This document shows positions 1-9,179 of a stretch of 32,000 nucleotides of DNA, in pieces. The notes below the pieces were generated by a model. That model was not told where the DNA came from, made no database searches, and saw nothing but the letters and a program-made list of their open reading frames with translations. Source of the DNA: Pseudoalteromonas tetraodonis (GTDB taxonomy: Bacteria > Pseudomonadota > Gammaproteobacteria > Enterobacterales > Alteromonadaceae); assembly GCF_002310835.1 (NCBI RefSeq), contig NZ_CP011042.1, positions 300,001 to 332,000 of the forward strand, in the 5' to 3' direction. Numbering within the stretch: position 1 is the first letter of the stretch; the number at the start of each line of letters is the position of its first letter. The position numbers and the translations under genes were made by a program.

Positions 1-1137
1 TACCCAGTTACCTTCGCCTTGCTGTGCAATATCAATAGAGTGATTACTGCCTTCTACCATTAAGTCAATAACGTTAATATCACCATTTTGAGCAATATCA
101 ATTTGGTTTGCGTTACTATCAAGGATACCCGCTAGTGTAACAATCGCCTCGTTTTGATTACCGACTTGATTAACATCAATATCGTTATCGTTTGAAGTGA
201 GAGAAACATCAGGGTATGAAGACTGCACTAAAATTGCGTTTTCATCGCCACCTGATTGGCTAAGATCAACATCGTTACCGCTACCATTAAAGTTAGCTAA
301 ATGAACCGAGTTAAAATCACTAACCTGGGTTACTGTAAATTCATTATTTGAACCAATGACACCCATGTATGCTTCATTAGTGTTACCAACTTGCATTGCT
401 GTAAGCTCATTGTTATCGCCCATTAGCTCAGTAGTCGCAAGGTTTTCATCACCAATTTGATTAACTGTTACTTCATTGAATGAACCGTCAAAAAGACCAG
501 ACTCAATAGCATTATTCGAACCTTCTTGGTCTAGTTTTATTTCATTATCATTACCAGCAATATCAGTGAATGTAACGATGTTACGTGAACCATCTTGGCT
601 AACGTCAATGTCATTTTCGTTACCGCGTAATGAGCCTACTTTAAATTCATTCCAGGTGTCTGTTTGTTCAATTTCAATAATGTTTTCATCGCCTGATAAG
701 CTAAGTACTTCAAATTCTTGCCACATACCAGACTGAGATGAAATAATTTCGTTACCATTACCTCTCATGTCCATGTTGTAAAACCAGTGACCGCCATTTC
801 CTTGTTCAACGTCAATATTATTATCGCTACCAGTGATAATATTGATTGATTCATTGTTTTGAAATAATCCTTGGCCGAATTGAGAAACATAAACGCCGTT
901 GTTATCACCCGTTATGCGCGTAATGAACCCATTAGCAACACCATCTTGTGCATAAGTTTGTTGGTTGTTATCACCTGTTGTTTCAACTTCGGCGTAATTA
1001 CCATTTTGTAATTGAGCTATTTTAACATCGTTGTTGTTACCGATTTCAGTAGCTAGTGCAGTATTGCCATCGCCATCTTGAGAGACTAATGCCGTGTTGT
1101 CAGAAAATGATTGGTTAACTGTTACAGCATTCTCAAT
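1..1137 (-). repeat. Coding tandem repeat (about 66-69 nt period) that encodes the curlin-type units
   Basis: The Q-x-G-x-x-N anchors recur about every 22-23 codons, from NAVTVNQSFSDNTA (about codon 45) to the window edge. Confidence 0.7.
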
Positions 1138-1269
1138 ACTTTTTACAGATACTTTAGCTGCAAGCTCAGAAGTTGAACCCGCTTTTGTTTCTGTGTTTGC
1201 GTTTGCTGTAAAGCTGGCGCCCATTGCAATTGCAATTGCACAGCTTAAAAGTGATTTATTCAATTTCAT
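1..1269 (-). CDS. Curlin-repeat (CsgA/CsgB-like) secreted repeat protein, N-terminal 423 codons only; C-terminus lies beyond the left edge
   Basis: Absent from the ORF track because no stop codon lies in the window. The reverse complement of 1267-1269 is ATG, with AAGGAG (rc of 1277-1282) 7 nt upstream. I hand-translated every codon down to base 1 and found no stop. The N-terminus MKLNKSLLSCAIAIAMGASFTANA looks like a Sec signal peptide. It is followed by at least 17 imperfect 22-23 aa units of the form N-[DE]-x-x-[VIL]-x-Q-x-G-x-x-N-x-[AI], e.g. NEVTVNQIGDENLA, NELTAMQVGNTNEA, NDIDVNQVGNQNEA, HSIDIAQQGEGNWV. This matches the E. coli CsgA repeat logic S-x5-Q-x-G-x-G-N-x-A. Confidence 0.75.
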   Translation of the reverse strand, partial: MKLNKSLLSCAIAIAMGASFTANANTETKAGSTSELAAKVSVKSIENAVTVNQSFSDNTALVSQDGDGNTALATEIGNNNDVKIAQLQNGNYAEVETTGDNNQQTYAQDGVANGFITRITGDNNGVYVSQFGQGLFQNNESINIITGSDNNIDVEQGNGGHWFYNMDMRGNGNEIISSQSGMWQEFEVLSLSGDENIIEIEQTDTWNEFKVGSLRGNENDIDVSQDGSRNIVTFTDIAGNDNEIKLDQEGSNNAIESGLFDGSFNEVTVNQIGDENLATTELMGDNNELTAMQVGNTNEAYMGVIGSNNEFTVTQVSDFNSVHLANFNGSGNDVDLSQSGGDENAILVQSSYPDVSLTSNDNDIDVNQVGNQNEAIVTLAGILDSNANQIDIAQNGDINVIDLMVEGSNHSIDIAQQGEGNWV

Positions 1270-1839
1270 TATTATTCTCCTTGAAAGATAAAATAAAATA
1301 CCTTGATTATTTATTAAGTTTTAAAAAGGTATTTTCGTTGCAGCATGCCGTGCTGCCATAATGTGTGATTAGCTTTTTATTCTTAAACGTAAAATGCTGT
1401 TTTAAATATGAATTAGGGTTTGGTCATTAGTACTTGTTAAGGTGGTTTGCCATTCACTAATTCATAACTGCTCAGTCACTATATTCTTCAATGAGTTCAT
1501 TTTGAATCATCTTTTTTAATGGTAATTTAAATTCATAAATTTCAATTACTTACTCGTTTAATTTGTGTTTTCTATCTATTTACATAAAAAAACCAGTAAA
1601 AAATAATTAGTTAATTACATGTTAAAAATAAGTTATTTAATTCATTAAAATGGCTGTTATTAGTGTTTTTTTACTGTATTTCTAGTTAAAAATAATGGTT
1701 TTGTTCCTGATTTTGTTTTTTTTACTTGAGTTAGTGACTGATTACCCGTTTTCTTAATGCTTGCCACGTGATTACTTAAATTCATAAACGTAAATATTTC
1801 GCTTAGTAAAGCTAAGTTAACTTAATTACGGATAAAACA
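1270..1839. promoter_or_regulatory. Long AT-rich divergent intergenic region between the curlin-repeat gene and the protease gene
   Basis: 570 bp with no ORF of 60 aa or more on either strand. Visibly very AT-rich with many A/T tracts. It must hold both divergent promoters. It contains a small GC hairpin, gcagca-tgccg-tgctgc, near 1341-1357. Confidence 0.4.
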
Positions 1840-4347
1840 ATGAAAACAAAATTATCTATTATTACACTTGCACTTTTACCTTGTTTAGCTGCGGCTAAAT
1901 TGCCTGATGTTAACAGTACAACTCAAAAAGTAACTGCGAGCAGTGACTCGATTATTGTTAAATATAAAAAGAATGCTTCGCCGGAAATGCGTAAGCAAGC
2001 TCGTTCGTTAGTAAAAGCAAAAATATCAGATCTAAATAACGATGAAGTTGATGATAACTTCACTTCGTTGTTTTCTGGTCGCCTTGCTAAATTTAAAGTA
2101 TCAGGAATGAGCGCTAAAGAAGCAATTGAGCGCTTAAAATCGCATCAAGCTATTGAGTACGTTGAGCCTGATTACCGAGTGAGCATAGCAAGTGCAACGA
2201 ATGATCCTCGTTTTGATGATTTATGGGGCTTAAATAATGAAGGCCAAACTGGTGGTACTGCTGATGCAGATATTGATGCGCCAGAAGCATGGTCAATTTC
2301 AACTGGTAGCCGTGATGTTGTTGTAGGTGTTATTGATACCGGTGTAGATTATAGTCACCCTGATTTAGCTGCGAACGCGTGGGTAAACAGTGGTGAAATT
2401 GCTGGTGATGGTATCGATAATGACGGTAACGGTTATATTGATGACGTTCACGGTATTAATGCAATTACTGATGTTGGTGACCCGATGGATGACCAAGGCC
2501 ATGGTACACACGTATCAGGTACAATTGGTGCCAGTGGTAACAATGGTGTCGGTGTTGTTGGTGTAAATCATGATGTTTCTATTGTTGGTTGTAAGTTTTT
2601 AGCCGCAGATGGTACAGGTTCTACCTCTGGTGCTATTAAGTGTATCGATTACATGGTTGGCCTTAAAAATGCGGGTGTTAATCTGCGTGTGTTAAATAAT
2701 AGCTGGGGCGGCGGTGGTTTTAGCCAAGCGTTAGCTGATGCGATTACGGCTAGTGAGCAAGCTGATATTTTATTTGTTGCTGCTGCGGGTAACGATGCGG
2801 TTGATAACGATCAAAATCCACATTACCCATCTAACTATGAAAACGACAACGTATTATCGATAGCAAGTACTGATAGCAGAGATAATATGTCTAGTTTTTC
2901 TCAATGGGGCCTAACAAGTGTTGATATGGGCGCACCTGGCTCAGGTATTTTGTCGACCGTTCCTGGTAATAGCTATGCTACTTATTCAGGTACATCTATG
3001 GCAACACCGCATGTAGCTGGTGCTGCTGCACTTGTACTTTCAGTTAATCCTGATTTAACAACACTAGAGCTTAAAGAATTACTTATGTCTAGTGGTGATG
3101 CTAATGCAGCATTAAATGGTAAAACGGTTGCAGGTACACGCCTAAATGTTAATCAAGCGCTAATAGATGCTGATCCAACTCCAGGCTTTAAATTATCTGT
3201 ATCGCCGGTTTCTCAGCAAGCGACTGTAGGTGATACGGTTACTTATACCTTTACGATTGGTTCAATTTCACAATGGGATGGTGACGTTTCACTGGCTTTA
3301 GCTTCAGATCTTTCAGGTGCATCACTAAGCGCAACTACTGCTCGTCCGGGCGATGAAGTTGTTCTAACAGTTGCAACTAACAGCGATACTCAGTGGGGAA
3401 ATTACGACTTTACTGTAACTGCGACATCAGACGAGCAAGTTAAAGAACAAACTGTTAGCTTAATGCTTCAACCTGCTGGTTTAAATGACTTTACTTACAG
3501 CAGTGATGAAAACATCGCTATTCCGGATAATTCTCCAGAGGGCGCAAGCTCGGTTATTACGGTTGCTGATGATTTAACTATTTTTGGCACCACTGCTGAT
3601 GTAGATATTACGCATACTTGGTCTGGTGACTTAGTACTTACGCTTATTTCAGCGCAAGGTACAGAAGTAACTTTACAAAGCAATGAAGGTGGCAGTGCAG
3701 ACGATATTGTTAAGTCATTTACATCAAGCGTATTTAATTCTGAAGTGGCAACTGGAGATTGGACACTTCATGTTGAAGATACAGCTGGTGCAGATACGGG
3801 TAATATCAATGGTTGGTCACTTACATTTAGCGCTATCGGTGAGGTAAGCCCACAACCACCACAAGCTGGCTTTAGTGTTTCAGCACAAGGTTTAACTGCT
3901 ACATTTGTAGATACAAGTCGTGATGTAAATGATGACATTTCACAGTGGAGCTGGAACTTTGGTGATGGTTCAACATCAACAAACCCAAATCCTACACATG
4001 TTTATGCTCAGTCAGGAAGTTATGAGGTTGAATTAACCGTAACGGATAGTGAAAATAACTCAGATACATTCACTCAAACAGTGGTTGTTAGTGATGTTGA
4101 AATTGAATTGAGCTTAAAACGCGCTAACAAGTCACGTCTTGATACTATGCGTGTTGAGTTAAACTGGGCAGAAGTAGGGGCTGAGTCACTTAGCTTATAC
4201 CGAAATGGCGAACTAGTAGATACCGTATCGGATAATGGCCGTTACCGTGATTACGTACGTAAAGCAACATTACCGGCATACGACTACCAGTTATGTATAT
4301 CTGAAAACGTATGTTCGAATATTATTACGGTTTCATTTTCTGAATAA
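1840..4347 (+). CDS. Secreted multidomain S8 subtilase, deseasin-type: propeptide, S8 domain, Ig-like linker, P-domain, PKD domain and a C-terminal beta-rich tail
   Basis: 835-aa ORF with signal peptide MKTKLSIITLALLPCLAAA. S8 catalytic triad motifs are VIDTGVD (Asp), HGTHVSG (His) and GTSMATPHVAG (Ser). A proprotein-convertase P-domain is present (ITHTWSGDLVLTLISAQG...GDWTLHVEDTAGADTGNINGWSLTF). A PKD domain is present (WSWNFGDGSTS...YEVELTVTD). The domain order matches the deseasin subfamily (MCP-01 of Pseudoalteromonas sp. SM9913, from memory). Confidence 0.9.
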   Translation: MKTKLSIITLALLPCLAAAKLPDVNSTTQKVTASSDSIIVKYKKNASPEMRKQARSLVKAKISDLNNDEVDDNFTSLFSGRLAKFKVSGMSAKEAIERLKSHQAIEYVEPDYRVSIASATNDPRFDDLWGLNNEGQTGGTADADIDAPEAWSISTGSRDVVVGVIDTGVDYSHPDLAANAWVNSGEIAGDGIDNDGNGYIDDVHGINAITDVGDPMDDQGHGTHVSGTIGASGNNGVGVVGVNHDVSIVGCKFLAADGTGSTSGAIKCIDYMVGLKNAGVNLRVLNNSWGGGGFSQALADAITASEQADILFVAAAGNDAVDNDQNPHYPSNYENDNVLSIASTDSRDNMSSFSQWGLTSVDMGAPGSGILSTVPGNSYATYSGTSMATPHVAGAAALVLSVNPDLTTLELKELLMSSGDANAALNGKTVAGTRLNVNQALIDADPTPGFKLSVSPVSQQATVGDTVTYTFTIGSISQWDGDVSLALASDLSGASLSATTARPGDEVVLTVATNSDTQWGNYDFTVTATSDEQVKEQTVSLMLQPAGLNDFTYSSDENIAIPDNSPEGASSVITVADDLTIFGTTADVDITHTWSGDLVLTLISAQGTEVTLQSNEGGSADDIVKSFTSSVFNSEVATGDWTLHVEDTAGADTGNINGWSLTFSAIGEVSPQPPQAGFSVSAQGLTATFVDTSRDVNDDISQWSWNFGDGSTSTNPNPTHVYAQSGSYEVELTVTDSENNSDTFTQTVVVSDVEIELSLKRANKSRLDTMRVELNWAEVGAESLSLYRNGELVDTVSDNGRYRDYVRKATLPAYDYQLCISENVCSNIITVSFSE

Positions 4348-4369
4348 AACGTTTACCCCTTAGACATCC

Positions 4370-4396
4370 AAAGCCCAGCAATGCTGGGCTTTTTTA
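4370..4396 (+). terminator. Rho-independent terminator of the protease gene
   Basis: Stem agcccagc (4372-4379) pairs with gctgggct (4383-4390) around a 3-nt loop, followed by TTTTT. Confidence 0.8.
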
Positions 4397-4566
4397 TGGA
4401 ATATCCCTTCTTAACTTTATAGTTATAAATAATTAGTTGATTTTATAATGTAACTATTTTGTATGTGTTTTTGTGCATTGTTTTCTTGGTATTTACGATA
4501 TCCATGTTAAGTTTGTACCTGAAAGGTAAAAAATAATGAGTATAAACATTGTTAATGGAGGAGCCA

Positions 4567-5384
4567 ATGAGCTCACGTAAAATAATAACAAATGCCTTTA
4601 ATCTAAGTGCTTTATTGTTAAGTTTTCTTAGTTTAAATGTACACGCGTCTATTGATTGCAGTGCGTTAGAACAGTGGCAAACAGGCCAGACACACGTTGC
4701 TGGAGATCAAGTGCAAGTGCAAGCGTATGAAGCTAGCTGGTGGACACAAGCCAATCCAGTGGAGAATGCTGGTGATTATAAAGATTGGAAAATTCTGGGT
4801 GCATTTGACAACGCTGTCATTAAAATGAAATTCCCTTAATTATCGAGTTAATGCCAGCAGACGGTTTTCAACTAACCGATAAAGACAGCGTTGTCGTATC
4901 GACGCAAGCAATTGATAACGATGGAGAGGTAACCACCGTTGAGTTTATTGAAAAATATGAATTTGACGGCGTTGATATTGATTACGAATACCGATCTTCA
5001 ATGAACGACTCAGGTCACCCCGATGATTTTCCTATTTCCAACGCGCGCCGTGCAGAATTGAATGCCTCATACCAAGTGCTAATGATAAAAGTACGTGAAG
5101 AGCTATATCGTGCAGGTGAAGCCGCAGGTAAGCACTATTTACTCACTTTTGCGTCTCCATCTTCTGGTTATTTATTACGAGGTATGGAAACCTTTCAAGC
5201 GGTTAAATATCTGGATTATGTAAACATTATGTCTTACGACTTACATGGCGCATGGAACTCACATGTAGGGGACAATGCTGCCTTATTTGACACCGGTTTA
5301 GACTCATAATTAACACAATGGAACGTATACGGCACTAAAGAGTTTGAAGGGATTGGTTATTTAAATACCACGAGCCAGGCGTAA
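4567..5384 (+). pseudogene. Decayed GH18 chitinase: signal peptide, CBM5/12 domain, Ig-like domain, then a truncated GH18 core
   Basis: ATG at 4567 follows GGAGGAG. The signal peptide is MSSRKIITNAFNLSALLLSFLSLNVHA. A chitin-binding-type motif is present (WQTGQTHVAGDQVQVQAYEASWWTQANP). The reading frame breaks near 4820-4840. The next frame gives an Ig-like segment (PADGFQLTDKDSVVVSTQAIDNDGEVTTVEF) fused directly to the GH18 catalytic motif FDGVDIDYEY, so the first beta-strands of the barrel are missing. MSYDLHGAWN follows. There is an in-frame TAA at 5307-5309, the frame continues to a second stop at 5382-5384, and the remaining C-terminal part of a GH18 domain is absent. Confidence 0.75.
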
Positions 5385-5435
5385 CCGATGTATGGTTAGC
5401 ACTTTAATGTAAAACCTTAATGTTAGATTTTATAT

Positions 5436-5461
5436 AAAGCAGCTTTCGAGCTGCTTTTTTT
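5436..5461. terminator. Bidirectional intrinsic terminator between the chitinase relic and rraA
   Basis: Stem aaagcagct (5436-5444) pairs with agctgcttt (5449-5457) around loop ttcg. A T-run lies on the + side and an A-run upstream. Confidence 0.7.
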
Positions 5462-5485
5462 ATCGCGAACAGTCACTTTTATTGT

Positions 5486-5968
5486 TCAAAACAAGGCTTT
5501 ATTACTAATAATTAATCCATTGACATCAGCATACACCCAATCACCGGTATTAATTGTGGTGTTTAACATATTAACCGGGTGATCTTTGGCACCTAAACCG
5601 CGCTTAGTGGTGCAGCGCGGCGTAGCGCCTAGTGCCATCACGGGTAAATCAAGCGTGGCAAGAATTTCAATATCGCGGCAGCAACCATTAATAATAATGC
5701 CTTGCCAGCCATTTTTTAGGGCTCGCTCTGCAATCATATCGCCAATGAAGGCAAAACGTTTACTAGCAAAGCCATTCACAACCAACACTTTGCCTTCACC
5801 ATTTTCATGTAATATATTGCCAGCAAATGAGTTATCGTCTGGGCAGGTGACAGTCACTACTTGACCATAAAAGAGAGTTTTATTACCAAAGTGTTGCAAG
5901 CCACTGTCAGCGACTTGCACATGGTCGCGATGTTCATCGTATAAATCGGGCGTAGTAAACTGTGTCAT
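5486..5968 (-). CDS. rraA: RraA family protein (RNase E inhibitor / 4-hydroxy-4-methyl-2-oxoglutarate aldolase fold)
   Basis: 160 aa when started at the ATG at 5968, which has AGGA 8 nt upstream; the track ORF starts further upstream at 6007. The sequence aligns by eye along its whole length with E. coli RraA (TTPDLYDEH..., GQVVTVTCPDDN, GEGKVLVVNG, GDMIAERALKNGWQGIIINGCCRD). Confidence 0.8.
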   Translation of the reverse strand: MTQFTTPDLYDEHRDHVQVADSGLQHFGNKTLFYGQVVTVTCPDDNSFAGNILHENGEGKVLVVNGFASKRFAFIGDMIAERALKNGWQGIIINGCCRDIEILATLDLPVMALGATPRCTTKRGLGAKDHPVNMLNTTINTGDWVYADVNGLIISNKALF

Positions 5969-6316
5969 TGAGGGCATCCTTGTTTTTTGTAAAGCCACGT
6001 AGGCCAACGGCAGTACATTTAAAGTAGTAATAATGTTTATCGTAGGCTAATTAATCATTCAGGTGTAGCTATTGTTGCAAATTGGCGTATAGATTTTAGT
6101 CGCAATATAAGTACTTTTAACGTTTTTTAACGCTTTTTTATAAGTAACTTATGCTGTTACTTAGTTTTATTTTTTGAATAAATTTGATTTTGCCAGAGCA
6201 TTAGCCAAACGTCTCATTGTTGCGTGCTTTTTCAAATGCTACGTTCAATTGTTATTTTAAAATTTGGGCTGTAATAATTGGCCCTATACACACATACAAA
6301 AAGAGAAGCGTGCTTT

Positions 6317-7780
6317 ATGATCATCTTTTTTATTTGCCTAACTATTTTAATTTTAGGCTATAAGTTTTATAGCCCGTTTGTTGAAAAGCAAGCGGGCATG
6401 GATTCAACGGTCGACACACCACAAAAACGCTTTAGCGAAGGTGTTGATTACGTTGCAATTCACCCTGTTCGTGCATTTTTGATTCAATTTTTAAATATAG
6501 CAGGCGTAGGCCCCATATTTGGCCCAATATTGGGTGCATTATATGGTCCGGTTGCGCTTGTATGGATTGTGCTTGGTAATGTTTTGGGTGGCGCTGTACA
6601 CGACTTCTTCTCAGGAGTAATGAGTATAAAAGAAGACGGTAAAAGCTTACCGGAAATAGCTGGGCACTACTACAACGTTGTATTTAAAGGCTTTATGCTT
6701 ATTTTTACTGCGATGCTACTATTTTTTGTTGGTGTTGTATTTATTATGAGCCCGGCAGGATTATTAAGTAACCTTGATATATTTAAGGATACAATATTTG
6801 CAAATAATACCTTTTGGGTTTTGGCCATTTTAGCTTACTACTTTTTAGCCACGTTATTACCCATTGATAAAATCATCACTAAGTTTTACCCTATTTTTGG
6901 TTTGTTAATGATCGTAATGACAGTAGCTATTGCGGTATCACTGCTAATAAACGCACCACATTTACCAGTAGCGGGCGACTTTTTAGCATACTTTGAGGCT
7001 GATCACGCTCATGACTTCTTAGCACCAAATCCTGATGGACTGCCCACTTGGCCGCTGCTATTTATAACCATTACCTGTGGTGCTATTAGTGGTTTTCACT
7101 CAACGCAAGCCCCTATTATTGCCCGTTGTTTAACCAACGAAAAATACGTACGCCCAGTTTATTATGGTGCGATGATGTGTGAAGGCATTGTAGGTTGTGT
7201 TTGGGCATTAGCGGGTATTGCTGCATTCCCTGAAGGCTATGCGGGTTTAAAAGCTATGCTTGATCTTGGTGGCCCAGGTTTGGTGGTTAACCATATTGCA
7301 AACAGCTACTTAGGTGTATTTGGCGGTATTATGGCAATTATTGCTGTTGCTGTTTTCCCTATTACCTCAGGCGATACGGCGTTTCGTTCACTGCGCTTGA
7401 CTGTGGTTGATGCGTTTAGTATTCCGCAAAGTTTACGTAATCGTTTATTGCTAGCAATCCCTATTTTAACCATTGCCTACTTTATGACTAAGCTCGATTT
7501 CTCTGTGATTTGGCGCTACTTCGCATTCTCAAATATGCTGCTTTCTACCAGTGTGTTGTGGCTTGCGACCAAGTACTTATTTGACCGTGGTACATTCCAC
7601 TGGATCACTAGTATACCAGCAGTAATCGCTACAGCAGTGACCTTGTCATACATAATGACCGCGGCAATAGGGTTAAACTTATCAAGTGATTTAGGTAAAC
7701 CGATTGGTGCAGCGGTGGCTGTTATAGGGTTTATTGTATTAGCTGTTGTGCATTCAAAGCATAAAGTGCGTACGGCTTAA
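6317..7780 (+). CDS. cstA: Carbon starvation protein A family transporter, short form
   Basis: Polytopic membrane protein. It carries the conserved CstA N-terminal block GVDYV...FLNIAGVGPIFGPILGALYGP...GGAVHDFFSG...DGKSLPEI. I prefer the ATG at 6317 to the TTG at 6278 given in the track. Confidence 0.8.
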   Translation: MIIFFICLTILILGYKFYSPFVEKQAGMDSTVDTPQKRFSEGVDYVAIHPVRAFLIQFLNIAGVGPIFGPILGALYGPVALVWIVLGNVLGGAVHDFFSGVMSIKEDGKSLPEIAGHYYNVVFKGFMLIFTAMLLFFVGVVFIMSPAGLLSNLDIFKDTIFANNTFWVLAILAYYFLATLLPIDKIITKFYPIFGLLMIVMTVAIAVSLLINAPHLPVAGDFLAYFEADHAHDFLAPNPDGLPTWPLLFITITCGAISGFHSTQAPIIARCLTNEKYVRPVYYGAMMCEGIVGCVWALAGIAAFPEGYAGLKAMLDLGGPGLVVNHIANSYLGVFGGIMAIIAVAVFPITSGDTAFRSLRLTVVDAFSIPQSLRNRLLLAIPILTIAYFMTKLDFSVIWRYFAFSNMLLSTSVLWLATKYLFDRGTFHWITSIPAVIATAVTLSYIMTAAIGLNLSSDLGKPIGAAVAVIGFIVLAVVHSKHKVRTA

Positions 7781-7802
7781 TAAATCGTAATCTTAAAAAT
7801 GT

Positions 7803-7834
7803 AAAAGCGAGCCTTATTAAGGCTCGCTTTTTTT
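7803..7834. terminator. Bidirectional intrinsic terminator between cstA and the TetR gene
   Basis: Stem gcgagcc (7807-7813) pairs with ggctcgc (7821-7827). It is flanked by AAAA upstream and TTTTTTT downstream. Confidence 0.8.
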
Positions 7835-7852
7835 ATACTTGATCGCCAATCG

Positions 7853-8371
7853 CTAAAAAGTGGCTTGTTCGAAGTAGCTGATATCATCTAGGGTTTTACT
7901 AATCATCATCGCACCCTCTAATAAGCTCACTGTTTGTATTGCCGCGCGAGCAGGGTTTTCTTCACCATTCGCAGCGTGTGCTTGGGTTAACCAGGCTAAA
8001 TTTTTATTAAAAAACCGCTGAACTTCAACCCGCACTTTATCAGGTAGGCTGTCGCTTTCTGCGCCGAGCAAGCCACATAAACACATTTTTTTATCAATCA
8101 CGAGTGCATTTCTAAATAACTGAGTGTAAATATCAATAGGGTTTTTACCGTTTGCTTTGTGTGTCTGCGGTTCACCAAGTACAGCCATAAAGGCATCGGT
8201 ATATTGATGCGCAAGCTCTGCACCTAAATCAGCTTTAGTTGGAAAGTGATAATGCACACTGGCACTTTTAATACCAACTTCACTGGCCAACTCTCTAAAG
8301 CTAAAATTGCTATAGCCACCAAGTCTAACTTTATTTTCTGCTGCTTTTAACAGGGCCGCTTTTTTTGTCAT
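7853..8371 (-). CDS. TetR/AcrR family transcriptional regulator
   Basis: 172 aa. N-terminal HTH signature GYSNFSFRELASEVGIKSASVHYHFPTKADL. RBS AAGGAAG lies upstream. Confidence 0.85.
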   Translation of the reverse strand: MTKKAALLKAAENKVRLGGYSNFSFRELASEVGIKSASVHYHFPTKADLGAELAHQYTDAFMAVLGEPQTHKANGKNPIDIYTQLFRNALVIDKKMCLCGLLGAESDSLPDKVRVEVQRFFNKNLAWLTQAHAANGEENPARAAIQTVSLLEGAMMISKTLDDISYFEQATF

Positions 8372-8467
8372 TTTAAACTTCCTTCATATCGCTGCAAAAA
8401 TTATCAACCAGTAGGTAGTTATTTTCAAGCTCTTTTATTTTTAGTTTGCAAAGGTCGAGATCTTAAT

Positions 8468-8499
8468 ATAAATTACCTATCAGAAGGTAGGTAATTTAT
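8468..8499. promoter_or_regulatory. Candidate TetR operator: 12-bp perfect inverted repeat with an 8-bp spacer
   Basis: ataaattaccta (8468-8479), spacer tcagaagg, then taggtaatttat (8488-8499). It lies in the divergent TetR/GST intergenic region. A related half-site, gtaggtagttat, sits at 8411-8422. Confidence 0.55.
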
Positions 8500-8547
8500 T
8501 CTTGCCAGTATTAGTTCAAACTGTGGTAAAAATATAAAGAGATAATT

Positions 8548-9165
8548 ATGGAAATTTATGACGTAGAAAACTTTCCTAATCCATTACATGTACGTATTGC
8601 GCTTGCTGAAAAAAGGCGACTGATAAAGTAGAGTTTGTTGCTGTCGATTTATTAAATGGTGAGCACCGTACTGAGGCTTTTTTAACTAAAAACCCTTAGC
8701 AGGCGTACCTGTTTTAGAGCTAGATGATGGAACGTTCATAACAGAAAGCACCGCGATTACTGAATATATTGATACCGCTTTTGCAGGCCCTTCATTAACC
8801 GGTGTTGAGGCAAAAGAACGCGTGGTGATTAATATGATGCAAAAGCGTGCGGAGTCTATGGTGCTTGATGCTGTAGCCAGTTACTTTCATCATGCAACGG
8901 ATGGTTTAGGCCCAGCGCTTGAAACCTATCAAAATGTTGCTTGTGGAGAAAAGCAAGGTGAAAAAGCGCGCCAAGGCTTTGTTTATTTTAATACAGTGTT
9001 AGCCAACTCTGCTTATGTTGCCGGTGAGAATTTTAGTGTTGCAGATATTACTTTGTACGCCGGTCTGGTGTTTGCAGGCTTTGCAAAAATAGCTATTCCA
9101 AGGAGCTATCACATTTAATAGCATGGCAAGAAAAGGTCGCTCAACGTCCAAGCATTGCTGTTTAG
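8548..9165 (+). pseudogene. Glutathione S-transferase gene disrupted by three single-base frameshifts
   Basis: Three frames join into a full-length GST: MEIYDVENFPNPLHVRIALAEK / ATDKVEFVAVDLLNGEHRTEAFLTKNP / AGVPVLELDDGTFITESTAITEYID...FSVADITLYAGLVFAGFAKIAIP / KELSHLIAWQEKVAQRPSIAV*. The breaks lie at an A6 run (8609-8614), at cccttag (8693-8699) and at ccaagg (9098-9103). Each is consistent with loss of one base in a short homopolymer. Confidence 0.75.
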
Positions 9166-9179
9166 ATATGGAGTCAAAT

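Noticed and set aside
8822-9179. Track ORFs 8822-9118 and the 5' extension of 9123-9872, treated as separate genes
   Set aside because: 8822-9118 is the middle and C-terminal portion of the frameshifted GST. The 9123 start reads through the GST tail in the wrong frame. The cupin homology begins after the ATG at 9180.
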